A stretch of DNA of 43,517 nucleotides, taken from positions 1 to 43,517 of the forward strand of contig DYTF01000004.1 in the NCBI GenBank assembly GCA_020726105.1, given 5' to 3'. Under the pieces are notes generated by a model, which saw nothing but the letters and a program-made list of their open reading frames with translations, made no database searches and was not told the origin of the DNA. Position numbers and translations under genes: made by a program. Shown here one piece after another: positions 27,999 through 36,970 of this stretch (its first letter is position 1; every line of letters starts with the position of its first letter). The stretch comes from Sulfurovum sp. (GTDB taxonomy: Bacteria; Campylobacterota; Campylobacteria; Campylobacterales; Sulfurovaceae).

Positions 27999-29045
27999 TT
28001 ATATCATCATCACAATAGCAGTAATCAAAATATTGATTACACCTATAGGCATCAATACTTTCCAGCAAAGCCACATCAACTGGTCTGGTCTTACATGTGG
28101 CCATGATGCTCTTACCCATAACATCAAAAAGAAAAAGAATGCAATTTTAAGGATAATAAACAACCATCCAAGTGTACAGTTTGCATCATAACCGCCCAAA
28201 AATACAACCGAAGCGATAATCGCGACAGTTATCATGTTTGCATACTCACCGATAAAGAACATCCCCCATCTTAACCCAGAATACTCCGTTGCATACCCAG
28301 AGACAACTTCTGCTTCATGCTCAAGAAGGTCAAAAGGCGTTCTGTTGGTCTCTGCAAATCCTGCTATCAAAAACAACACAAATGCTACCGGCTGTTGCCA
28401 GACAAGCCAAGAAGTGATTCCGCCGCTTTGTGCATTGTTAAAGTCCACAAATGATAGTGAACCCACCAGCATAATCGGTGCCAAGATAGAAAGCCCTGTC
28501 ACAACCTCATAAGACAAAAACTGGATCGCTGTTCTCGCTGACCCGATAATGCCCCACTTATTGGCCTGAGACATCCCTGCTAACAAAGGCCCATACAGTC
28601 CTGCTGCCATCATACCGAGTACAAATAGTACACCTACATTAATATCGGATGCGATTGAAGGAACAAAGACACCTCCAATCACAGGCACAAACTCAGGAAC
28701 AACAAAGTCTGGAAATACTGGCACAGCAGAGAGTGCAATAAATGCAGTAGCGGCCGTGATAACGGGAGCAAGCATAAAGATGAATTTGTTTGCATTTTGC
28801 GGAACAATATCTTCTTTGGTAAAAAGCTTAATCCCATCTGCTGCTATTTGTAGTAACCCATAAGGTCCCACATGCATCGGCCCAAGTCGTCTTTGCATGA
28901 ATGCAAGCACTTTTCTTTCTATATAAGTACCAAATCCTGCAATGGCTGAAATTACAGCCATAATAATCACCGCTTTAATAATGACACCTGCGGCCCTTAC
29001 CTCATGTATCATTTGAGGAAGTGTTTCTGTTAGTGTTGTTTCCAT
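27999..29045 (-). CDS. nuoH: NADH-quinone oxidoreductase subunit H
   Basis: ERKVLAFMQRRLGP, ADGIKLFTKE, AETNRTPFDL, EYSG, RPDQLM. Confidence 0.97.
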   Translation of the reverse strand: METTLTETLPQMIHEVRAAGVIIKAVIIMAVISAIAGFGTYIERKVLAFMQRRLGPMHVGPYGLLQIAADGIKLFTKEDIVPQNANKFIFMLAPVITAATAFIALSAVPVFPDFVVPEFVPVIGGVFVPSIASDINVGVLFVLGMMAAGLYGPLLAGMSQANKWGIIGSARTAIQFLSYEVVTGLSILAPIMLVGSLSFVDFNNAQSGGITSWLVWQQPVAFVLFLIAGFAETNRTPFDLLEHEAEVVSGYATEYSGLRWGMFFIGEYANMITVAIIASVVFLGGYDANCTLGWLFIILKIAFFFFLMLWVRASWPHVRPDQLMWLCWKVLMPIGVINILITAIVMMI

Positions 29046-29046
29046 C

Positions 29047-31542
29047 TTACACCTTTTTGATTGTTACTGTTTGATATCTTGACGCGCCAAAAAGACCATA
29101 CACATCTTTAGCGGATTTGAAGTCTGGTATCTTCACGATGTCGCCTTGCATTTTTGTATCCACAACCACATCAAGCACAATACTGCCATTTTCAAATACT
29201 ACCTCAACCTTTTCACCCAAACTTTCTGCTTTGGCTGGGCTTGCATACAAGGAGAAAGTCTCAAAAATCTCATGCGACTTGTCTGTAAAATCATTGAACT
29301 GTCTTGCAGGGTTACATCTGTAGGCGATCTCTCCCTCAAGTACCGCATTTGAATCAAAATACGCTACTGCAGGCAGTTGTGCCTCTTCTTTTTTTGTATC
29401 CAAGACATACCCACGGTTATCTCTACCGTCATTAGTGAAGGCATTAGGTAAACTATCAAATGCTAGTGCTTTAAAGCCTTTGCTTAGCGGTAACAGTTCT
29501 GTCCACTCAATCGTCTGCTCAGGTGCACCCACAAGGGCTTTTACGATGTCGTTCAGCTCATAGCCTTCATATTCTAAGGCTGCATTGGTAGGAAGTACTC
29601 TTTTGGACATGGAGGTGAGCGTACCCTCTTGCTGGTTCATCGCAGGCATATCCAAATCTCCATCACCCAACGCTGAGAGTCTAAAATCACCATTTTCATT
29701 ATAGCCTACCGTGTAGCCTGTAGCTGTGTCATCAAGATCACAGATGAGTGCTACACCCAAAGCGTTGGATTTTGGGGGAGTCATCACCACATCCATCACA
29801 CATGTCGCTTCTATGAGGGCTACGAGTTTGGCTAAATTTTCTGCTTGTGGGTGAAAATAAAAATCTTCGCCCACCATCAAAGAAAACGCCTCTTTTTTGC
29901 TCATCATTTTTGCAAAGACATCATCAAATGTGCTTGAATCCCCGCCAAGCAAATCAACAAGACCGTTAGTGGTCACAGTTATCTCTTTTTGTACATCCTC
30001 TTTGACTTTTTTAGACACCTCTTCTTCTTCACCTGTCTCTGCATTTAGTACCATTTCTTTGATGGTTTTCTCAACTTTTTCAGTGATGGTCTCTGTCTGC
30101 GTTGTCTTAAAACTGTCAATATAAGCTTTCACATCAGCAGGTAATTTCTCTTTGTCTGCAAACAAATCCAAAATCAAATAGAGCACTGCTTCTTCCAGTC
30201 CTACTTTGTGCGTGAATGTTTCAACACTTTTTCCAAAACCAGCAATCAGAGTATCGGTAATAGGGTGGAAATAGAGTCCTGCGCCTTTGTTGAGTTTTTG
30301 AACATTATTAAATGCATACTTGAGTGCAGGAGAATCATGTCTAAGCGCTGTCCCCACCGCAATCACAAAATCACTTTTTTTCATAATGGTATCGGTATCG
30401 GTAGAGTACAAAGAAGAACCCGAAGCTGCGGCATAATAACCCAAGAATTTTTGGAAAGCTCTTACTTCAGGATTGTAGAGTTTAAGACCCATTTTTTCTT
30501 TGAGTGTCTGAAGCATTAATGCTTCTTCATTGGTAATCATCGCGTTAAATCGAACTGTCTCTGCTTTTTTGAACGCTTCAAGTGCTGCAGCAAATGCCAT
30601 GCTGTCTTTTTTGACACCCGTGTTATCTGCACCTCTGTTTTCAAAATCATAAGCAAAACGCGCTGAACCGTCCAAAGAAACAAAGTTCCACTCATTGGTC
30701 ACACGGTAAATCTTTTCCGTTCTGTCTTCAATAGAGCCGTGTTTGACTTCGTAGTAGATATGAGCACCGTCACTGGAGTGTGCGGCAACTGCAGGGATGC
30801 GTTTGAGCTCCCACGCATTTGACTTGTAGACAAAATCACGGCTTACGAGTGCACCCACAGGACAAACAGCTACACACTCACCACAGTCTGAACAGTTCGT
30901 AAATTCAGTCCCGTTACTCGGGGCAATAACAGACTTTTGCAGTTTGTTCCACATCGCATACGCATCTTTTGGCATAGACTCTTTATAGCCTTTATCGAGG
31001 TCTGCGCCTCCTCTTTTTGCCGTTGTGATGGCTGCATCACCTATCATGTCTTTACACACCGTTGTACAGCGTTCACAGACGATACAAAGACCGGGATCAT
31101 AGTGCAACACCGACGACCAGTTGGTTGTCTCTCTTTTGGTATCAGGAATCATATACGATTGGGAATCAACAGCGATTTCTAGCGTATAGTTTTGTAATTC
31201 ACACTCACCTGATTTGTCACACACGCCGCACTGCAGCGGATGATTGACATCATAGACTTCCATGATGGCCCTACGCTCTTCAAGAATCGTAGGTGTTGAA
31301 GTAGTCACCTCCATGCCCTCTTTGACTTTGGCATTACAAGAATAGACCTGTTTACCGTCTGCCTCTACAAGACAAATACGACATGCCAGTGTTGGTGAAC
31401 ATCGCGTAAGGTAACATATCGCGGGGATAAACACATCATTGGCGCGTGCAGCATTGAGAATGTATTCACCCTCTTTTGCCTGATGCTGGACACCATCAAT
31501 CGTGATGTTTACCATATTCTCTACCGTTTGTACTTCACTCAT
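29047..31542 (-). CDS. nuoG: NADH-quinone oxidoreductase subunit G (epsilon-type)
   Basis: IPAICY...ACRICLVE, NHPLQCGVCDKSGECELQ, CIVCERCTTVC, CSDCGECVAVCPVGAL. Confidence 0.95.
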   Translation of the reverse strand: MSEVQTVENMVNITIDGVQHQAKEGEYILNAARANDVFIPAICYLTRCSPTLACRICLVEADGKQVYSCNAKVKEGMEVTTSTPTILEERRAIMEVYDVNHPLQCGVCDKSGECELQNYTLEIAVDSQSYMIPDTKRETTNWSSVLHYDPGLCIVCERCTTVCKDMIGDAAITTAKRGGADLDKGYKESMPKDAYAMWNKLQKSVIAPSNGTEFTNCSDCGECVAVCPVGALVSRDFVYKSNAWELKRIPAVAAHSSDGAHIYYEVKHGSIEDRTEKIYRVTNEWNFVSLDGSARFAYDFENRGADNTGVKKDSMAFAAALEAFKKAETVRFNAMITNEEALMLQTLKEKMGLKLYNPEVRAFQKFLGYYAAASGSSLYSTDTDTIMKKSDFVIAVGTALRHDSPALKYAFNNVQKLNKGAGLYFHPITDTLIAGFGKSVETFTHKVGLEEAVLYLILDLFADKEKLPADVKAYIDSFKTTQTETITEKVEKTIKEMVLNAETGEEEEVSKKVKEDVQKEITVTTNGLVDLLGGDSSTFDDVFAKMMSKKEAFSLMVGEDFYFHPQAENLAKLVALIEATCVMDVVMTPPKSNALGVALICDLDDTATGYTVGYNENGDFRLSALGDGDLDMPAMNQQEGTLTSMSKRVLPTNAALEYEGYELNDIVKALVGAPEQTIEWTELLPLSKGFKALAFDSLPNAFTNDGRDNRGYVLDTKKEEAQLPAVAYFDSNAVLEGEIAYRCNPARQFNDFTDKSHEIFETFSLYASPAKAESLGEKVEVVFENGSIVLDVVVDTKMQGDIVKIPDFKSAKDVYGLFGASRYQTVTIKKV

Positions 31543-31865
31543 TATTGTTTCCTATTTTTTGATTATTGGTGTTTTCAAAAGCTAGTCTGCTAAATCTGCA
31601 TGAGAATAGCAAAGAAGCACTTAATTTCATGTCAAAAACTGCCTAAAGTTCACCGACTCCTTATAAGATGTGTATCAATCTTAAACACCTGCACAAATTT
31701 TAAGGTATCTTTGAGTATTTTTGTATTGATTTCACTGTTGCTCTAATCTTTTGTTACCTATAGTCACAAGTATCTGTATATTATAAAAATTATAATTTAA
31801 CACACATACTTTTGCAGGCTAGGCTGTTATACTTCAAAAAAAATTAGTAACCATAAGGAAATAAA

Positions 31866-32882
31866 ATGATTCATGAGAACGGAAAAGTAGTAGACATTGC
31901 CATTATCGGTGCGGGTCCTGGCGGTATGGCGTGTGCCATTGAAGCAAAACTTGCGGGTATCGAAAATATCGTCGTCATAGACAAAGCACCGCATCACAAC
32001 GATATGATTCACAAATTTTACAAAAAAGGCAAACGCGTCGATAAAGACTGGATGGGCATCAAGTTTGAATTTAAAGGCAATGTGTCGTTTGAAGAGTGCT
32101 CAAAAGAAGAATACATCGCACAAATGGATGATAAACTTAAAAATGCTGGTGTACTAGATAGTTTTGAATACAACCTTGAAATCATGAAAGTGAGCAAAGG
32201 TGAAGACAATTTCTTCTCTATCGTATTTGGACAAGACAATGTAGCTGAAGGCATTGAGACCATCAAAGCTAAAAATATTATCCTCTCTGTTGGTCGTATG
32301 GGTAAACCGAATAAACCAAAATACAAATTTCCAAAAGAACTTAAAGATGTTTTGAACTTTAACCTCTCAAAAGTGAAAGATGGCGAAAGAGTAATGATCG
32401 TTGGTGGTGGTGATACGGCTGGCGAATATGCCTATGGTTTGGTAGAGCTTGAAGGTATGGAAGATTGTGTTGTAACACTCAACTACAGACAAGCTGAAAT
32501 CAAAAGGATGAACCCAACCAACACACAAATGTGTACAAAATACCTTGATAACGGTAAAATCCTTAACAAAATGGGTGTAGACATCGAGAGTGTTGAACCT
32601 TCAGAGACAGGAAAAATCAAAGTAAACTTCACAGATGGGAGTACAGCAGAGTACGACAGAGCAGTCTACGCGCTTGGTGGAACAACACCGGTAGACATCT
32701 TGGTAAATTCGGGTGTTAAAACTGGTGAATGGGATGTACCTGTTTACAATGAAAACACGATGGAGACCAATGTGGAAGGTCTTTATACGATTGGTGATGT
32801 AGTAACCGATCAGGGAAGTATCGCATTGGCATTTAACCATGCGTGTTTTGCAGTAAGTGACATCGCTTCTAAACTTAAATAA
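31866..32882 (+). CDS. FqrB-like NAD(P)H:flavodoxin (thioredoxin-reductase-fold) FAD oxidoreductase
   Basis: IIGAGPGG, KFYKKGKRVDKDW, VGRMGKPNKP, VGGGDTA, NYR, YALGG, GD at the C-terminus. No CxxC. Resembles H. pylori HP1164 / C. jejuni Cj0559 from memory. TAAGGA SD and TGTTATACT promoter upstream. Confidence 0.85.
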   Translation: MIHENGKVVDIAIIGAGPGGMACAIEAKLAGIENIVVIDKAPHHNDMIHKFYKKGKRVDKDWMGIKFEFKGNVSFEECSKEEYIAQMDDKLKNAGVLDSFEYNLEIMKVSKGEDNFFSIVFGQDNVAEGIETIKAKNIILSVGRMGKPNKPKYKFPKELKDVLNFNLSKVKDGERVMIVGGGDTAGEYAYGLVELEGMEDCVVTLNYRQAEIKRMNPTNTQMCTKYLDNGKILNKMGVDIESVEPSETGKIKVNFTDGSTAEYDRAVYALGGTTPVDILVNSGVKTGEWDVPVYNENTMETNVEGLYTIGDVVTDQGSIALAFNHACFAVSDIASKLK

Positions 32883-32889
32883 TCTTCAC

Positions 32890-32937
32890 GGTACTTTTTC
32901 TCTGGTTTATGCTAGAAAAAAGTGCCTCTTTACTTTT
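32890..32937 (+). terminator. Probable intrinsic terminator of the fqrB-like gene
   Basis: GGTACTTTTT...AAAAAGTGCC stem followed by TCTTTACTTTT. Confidence 0.6.
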
Positions 32938-32973
32938 CGTTAAACTTATTATAGCAAGCTAAATTTTGAAGTG

Positions 32974-33297
32974 TCAGGCTTCTTGGGTTGTTTCTGTAGC
33001 CGTGGCAGCTTCTTCAGATTTATTTTGTGCAGCTTGTAGCGCTTCTCTGTTTTCTTTTGCCATCTCTGCACTTACTTTTTTGACAACAATCGTCCAATCC
33101 ACTTCATTGAATTTGAGTGAATTCATTAAATCATGCCCTGTTGCTTTGATGACATCTGCAGATTTTTGTATACACTCAAAATCTCCCACTTCAAAGAGGA
33201 AAATGCCTACCTCACCCACAGTAAGACCTTTGTCAATCAGCTCCACCATTCTGTCATAAAAATCATCATGCAAATGTCTTAAATCATATCTTTTCAT
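32974..33297 (-). CDS. Epsilon-type complex I small subunit (Cj1575c/NuoX, 'NuoE family')
   Basis: MKRYDLRHL..DFYDRM, IFLFEVGDF, LMNSLKFNEVDWTIVVKK. No Fe-S cysteine motif. Located after nuoD, with an Ala/Glu/Thr-rich C-terminal tail. Confidence 0.85.
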   Translation of the reverse strand: MKRYDLRHLHDDFYDRMVELIDKGLTVGEVGIFLFEVGDFECIQKSADVIKATGHDLMNSLKFNEVDWTIVVKKVSAEMAKENREALQAAQNKSEEAATATETTQEA

Positions 33298-33392
33298 TAA
33301 TAGGTTCCTTTCTGAGCAAAGCTCATAAAAGACTCTTCAGCAGAGTGCTCACGCGACTTGTCGCTTTTTAATACTATTTTAGCATATACCAT
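33297..33392 (-). CDS. Putative 31-aa small ORF between nuoD and nuoX
   Basis: GGAG SD overlapping the nuoD stop, 7 nt before ATG. MVYAKIVLKSDKSREHSAEESFMSFAQKGTY. Stop overlaps the nuoX start (TAATG). Confidence 0.35.
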   Translation of the reverse strand: MVYAKIVLKSDKSREHSAEESFMSFAQKGTY

Positions 33393-33402
33393 CATCGATC
33401 TC

Positions 33403-34632
33403 CTATCTGTCAACTTCGCCAAATACGATATTGGTCGTACCAATAATCGTAACAACATCGGCAATATATGTACCCACAAGAAGTTTTTGAAGCAATCCTG
33501 TATGGAAAAAACTAGGTGCTCTACACTTAAGTCTGTACGCATACGGTTCACCCTCAGATTTGATATAAAAACCAAGTTCACCTTTTGGAGACTCTGTCGG
33601 AACATACACTTCACCTTTAGGCGGTCTCATCCCCTGTGTCACGAGGACAAAGTGTTGCATCAATGCATAGTTCTGCGTCATAATATCTTCTTTGGTCGCT
33701 GAGATATATTGTGGAGCATGCGCCATAAGCTGCGGTTGGGTCTGTGCATACATAGGAATGAGTTGTCTCATGATGCGTACAGACTGCTTCATCTCTTCCA
33801 TATACAGTCTATAACGCCCATAAGAGTCACATCTCTGGCTCACTGGCACATCAAAATCAAGCTCCGCATAGAGTTCATACGGCTCTTCTTTCCTTATGTC
33901 ATACTTCACGCCTGAGCCTCTCAGCATCACACCGGTACATCCCCAATTTAGTGCATCCTCAGCAGAGATAACCCCCACATCTTCCAAACGCATTTTCCAA
34001 ATACGGTTTTCTGTCAACAACGCTTCATAGGTATGCTCAAGCTCGTACTCTACTTTGTCGCAAAATACTGCAAGATTTTCCAACCAGTTTGCAGGCAAGT
34101 CAAGAGGCACACCTCCGATACGCACTGCCGAGTGTGTAAGTCTTGCACCACAATAGTCTTCCATCAAATCCATCGCAAATTCACGCTCTCTAAAAGCATA
34201 CAAAAAGACAGACATCGCCCCCACATCAAGTGCATGGGTTGCCAAAAAGAAAAGGTGTGAAATCACACGATTAAGTTCAAGCAACATCGTTCGAATCACC
34301 TGTGCTCTTCTTGGTGCTTCGATGCCAAGGAGTTTTTCCACAGCCAAAGCATAGGCATAGTTATTGGATGTTGAAGCAATATAGTCGAGTCTGTCCGTGG
34401 TGGGTAAGAACTCATTGTATGTCATGTTTTCTGCCATTTTTTCGATGCCGCGGTGTAGATAACCGATGTCAGGATAAGCTTTAACAACCTGTTCGCCATC
34501 GAGTTCAAGTACCAATCTTAGCTGACCATGTGCAGAAGGGTGTTGGGGGCCAAAGTTGATAACCATTGTATTGTCATCTCGTTCGAAATTGAGGTTTTCA
34601 AAAAATGGTGATAATTTATTTGCTACTTGCAT
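33403..34632 (-). CDS. nuoD: NADH-quinone oxidoreductase subunit D
   Basis: [43 protein letters not shown]. Confidence 0.98.
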   Translation of the reverse strand: MQVANKLSPFFENLNFERDDNTMVINFGPQHPSAHGQLRLVLELDGEQVVKAYPDIGYLHRGIEKMAENMTYNEFLPTTDRLDYIASTSNNYAYALAVEKLLGIEAPRRAQVIRTMLLELNRVISHLFFLATHALDVGAMSVFLYAFREREFAMDLMEDYCGARLTHSAVRIGGVPLDLPANWLENLAVFCDKVEYELEHTYEALLTENRIWKMRLEDVGVISAEDALNWGCTGVMLRGSGVKYDIRKEEPYELYAELDFDVPVSQRCDSYGRYRLYMEEMKQSVRIMRQLIPMYAQTQPQLMAHAPQYISATKEDIMTQNYALMQHFVLVTQGMRPPKGEVYVPTESPKGELGFYIKSEGEPYAYRLKCRAPSFFHTGLLQKLLVGTYIADVVTIIGTTNIVFGEVDR

Positions 34633-34640
34633 ACGCTCCC

Positions 34641-35423
34641 CTATCTTCGCTTGTCTAAAGTTTTAGACTCTTTTTTGTTGTAGTTTACAAGCAATGTTTC
34701 ACTGTATTCAATCTCTTTTTGCGTTTCACCAGCCGTATTGTCTACGCCAAATGGCACTTCATAGCCGATGCGTGCAAAGCGTTTGGTATCATGTCTGTCT
34801 ACTTTGGCGGGGTCTCTGTTTTCTGGCCCGATGATATCTCTGTATTCTTTCCCAAAAATCTTATCGACTTCATACCATGAAGCGAACTCATCACCCTGCA
34901 ACGGATAGGTTTTAAGCAAAGGATGCCCTTCCCAGTCATCGGGCATCAATATACGCTTGAGGAAAGGATGGTTATTGACTTTGATGCCGAACATATCGAA
35001 CATTTCACGCTCTGCAAAATTGGCTGAGTTAAAAAGCGGTACGATACTCTCAATGGCTTCACCTTTTTTAATGCGGCACAGCACTCTTACTCTTTTGGCT
35101 TCATTGACATTGAGCAGTTGATAAAAGAGTTCAAACTCACCGTCTTTTGCTAGATAATCCACGGCAGACTGCTCTGAACACTGCGTATAGCCACATGTTT
35201 CTTTGAGTACCTTAATAACTGCAACATTGTCTCTTGCCTCAATGTGTACAATCAACTGCCCAAGCTCCACATGAGCCTCTTTTACCAGCACGCCAAGCGT
35301 TGCTACCACGCCTGTAAAATGCGTATCCCTAACCTCTTCTCTAGGCACACGAGGTGCAACCCAAAATCTGTCTGTATAATACGACTTGCCCTGTACATTG
35401 TCTTTTGGTACATATTTACGCAT
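34641..35423 (-). CDS. nuoC: NADH-quinone oxidoreductase subunit C
   Basis: [10 protein letters not shown]...[23 protein letters not shown]. Confidence 0.96.
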   Translation of the reverse strand: MRKYVPKDNVQGKSYYTDRFWVAPRVPREEVRDTHFTGVVATLGVLVKEAHVELGQLIVHIEARDNVAVIKVLKETCGYTQCSEQSAVDYLAKDGEFELFYQLLNVNEAKRVRVLCRIKKGEAIESIVPLFNSANFAEREMFDMFGIKVNNHPFLKRILMPDDWEGHPLLKTYPLQGDEFASWYEVDKIFGKEYRDIIGPENRDPAKVDRHDTKRFARIGYEVPFGVDNTAGETQKEIEYSETLLVNYNKKESKTLDKRR

Positions 35424-35965
35424 TAGATTAACCTCGCTCTTTTACCTGTTTGATGGGTCAAATCCTGTTTGGTATTTTTCTTCATGTTTGCAGACTCTCT
35501 ACGAATCTTTTTTTGAAGCATCATCATCGCATACTGCAGTGTCTCAGGACGAGGTGCACATCCTGGCAGGTAAATATCCACAGGGATAATACGATCCACC
35601 CCTTGCACGGTGGCGTAAGTGTTAAACATACCGCCCGTGTTGGCACAACTTCCCATAGAGATAACCCATTTAGGTTCTGTCATCTGGTCGTACAGTCTTC
35701 TTGCAAACTCCGAGTGCTTTTTGGAGAGTGTGCCTGCAAGTATCATCACATCGGCTTGTCTTGGAGAGGCTCTAAAAATGGTTCCCATACGGTCAAAGTC
35801 ATAGCGCGATGCACCCGAGGCCATCATCTCAATAGCGCAACAAGCAAGCCCATAAGTCAAAGGCCAAAGCGAGTTTGAACGCCCCCAGTTTACCAATTTG
35901 TCTACCGAAGTCAGTGCTATCGGCAAGCCAGCTGAACTGGCATAATTTACTTGATGCTGTGCCAT
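35423..35965 (-). CDS. nuoB: NADH-quinone oxidoreductase subunit B
   Basis: [37 protein letters not shown]. Confidence 0.98.
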   Translation of the reverse strand: MAQHQVNYASSAGLPIALTSVDKLVNWGRSNSLWPLTYGLACCAIEMMASGASRYDFDRMGTIFRASPRQADVMILAGTLSKKHSEFARRLYDQMTEPKWVISMGSCANTGGMFNTYATVQGVDRIIPVDIYLPGCAPRPETLQYAMMMLQKKIRRESANMKKNTKQDLTHQTGKRARLI

Positions 35966-36336
35966 TCAAGTGCTCCTTTTTTCCATGCATATACAAATCC
36001 AATTGTAAGCAGCATGATGAACAATATCATCTCTGCAAATCCAAACCATCCGAGTAACCTAAAGTCAATCGCCCAAGGAAACATAAAAATAATCTCCACA
36101 TCAAACAAGATAAACAAAAGTGCTATGAGGTAAAACTGGGTAGAAATCGTATTAGGTTGTTTCGTGACTTCTGGGCCACACTCATAAATGCTGAGCTTTA
36201 GCCTTTCCGTGTCAAGCCGCGCCAATTTTCGCGAAACAAAACGCGCCAACCACAAAGTGACAGGAAAAGCCACTGATGTGAGCACAAATAAAACAAAAAC
36301 ACCGAAATACGGGTGTTCTGTAACTACATGAGTCAT
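35947..36336 (-). CDS. nuoA: NADH-quinone oxidoreductase subunit A
   Basis: [35 protein letters not shown], with TATAAT on the minus strand at 36369-36364. Confidence 0.96.
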   Translation of the reverse strand: MTHVVTEHPYFGVFVLFVLTSVAFPVTLWLARFVSRKLARLDTERLKLSIYECGPEVTKQPNTISTQFYLIALLFILFDVEIIFMFPWAIDFRLLGWFGFAEMILFIMLLTIGFVYAWKKGALEWHSIK

Positions 36337-36551
36337 ACTGATTCCTTAAGTTTTTTCTTCTATATTATAAGACATTATGACTATATAAAAGAGTTTTTTA
36401 GAATATTTGTCTCATACTACCGCAAAGATGTTTAAACTCCATTGGCGATGCAGATGCCCAAAAGGATTCGCTGTGGCATGTAACGATGTGAAACAAAGGA
36501 TTTACGGGTACAATATCTTAAAAAATGATAATAATTATAAGGAGATACAAA

Positions 36552-36965
36552 GTGTCTTTACTCAACAAATACTCCAACATACTCTACTGGATAGCCATGG
36601 CAGGTCTGCTTTTTTGGTTTGCCTATTCCAAGGGATGGATACTTGCCAATTTTGAATCCATAGATGCCAAACAAGCCCTGCATCTACTTGAAAACGACAG
36701 CAATACCAGTCTACTGGATGTACGAACCATAGAAGAATACAAAACAGGACATCTTAGAGATGCAACCCTCATCCCCGTTCAATCTTTAGAAGATAACCTA
36801 GGGTTGCTTCGCCAAGACAAAGATAAAAAAATCATTGTCTATTGCGCAAGCGGAAACAGAAGCGTAAGCGCTTCACGCATCTTGCAAGAAAAGGGATTTA
36901 CCCCACTCAATGTCAAAGGTGGCATCATCGAACTGAAAAATGCCAGTGCAACACTCGTCCAATAA
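36552..36965 (+). CDS. Membrane-anchored rhodanese-like sulfurtransferase
   Basis: GTG at 36552 with AAGGAG SD. N-terminal TM, LLDVRT..EY..GHL, active loop YCASGNRS, KGG. Confidence 0.88.
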   Translation: MSLLNKYSNILYWIAMAGLLFWFAYSKGWILANFESIDAKQALHLLENDSNTSLLDVRTIEEYKTGHLRDATLIPVQSLEDNLGLLRQDKDKKIIVYCASGNRSVSASRILQEKGFTPLNVKGGIIELKNASATLVQ

Positions 36966-36970
36966 TCAAA

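Noticed and set aside
31535-31663. Short minus-strand ORFs and a TAAGGAG motif upstream of nuoG
   Set aside because: The SD is only 3 nt from a GTG, the following 31-codon ORF has no SD of its own or recognisable features, and there is no evident similarity to a lost nuo subunit.
33297-33614. 105-aa ORF overlapping nuoD
   Set aside because: Mostly an alternative frame of nuoD. Only the last 31 codons have their own SD (reported separately).
36400-36500. Slightly GC-richer intergenic stretch as ncRNA, or the 82-aa ORF 36407-36655
   Set aside because: No convincing stem set or known motif. The ORF has no SD and overlaps the rhodanese gene out of frame.
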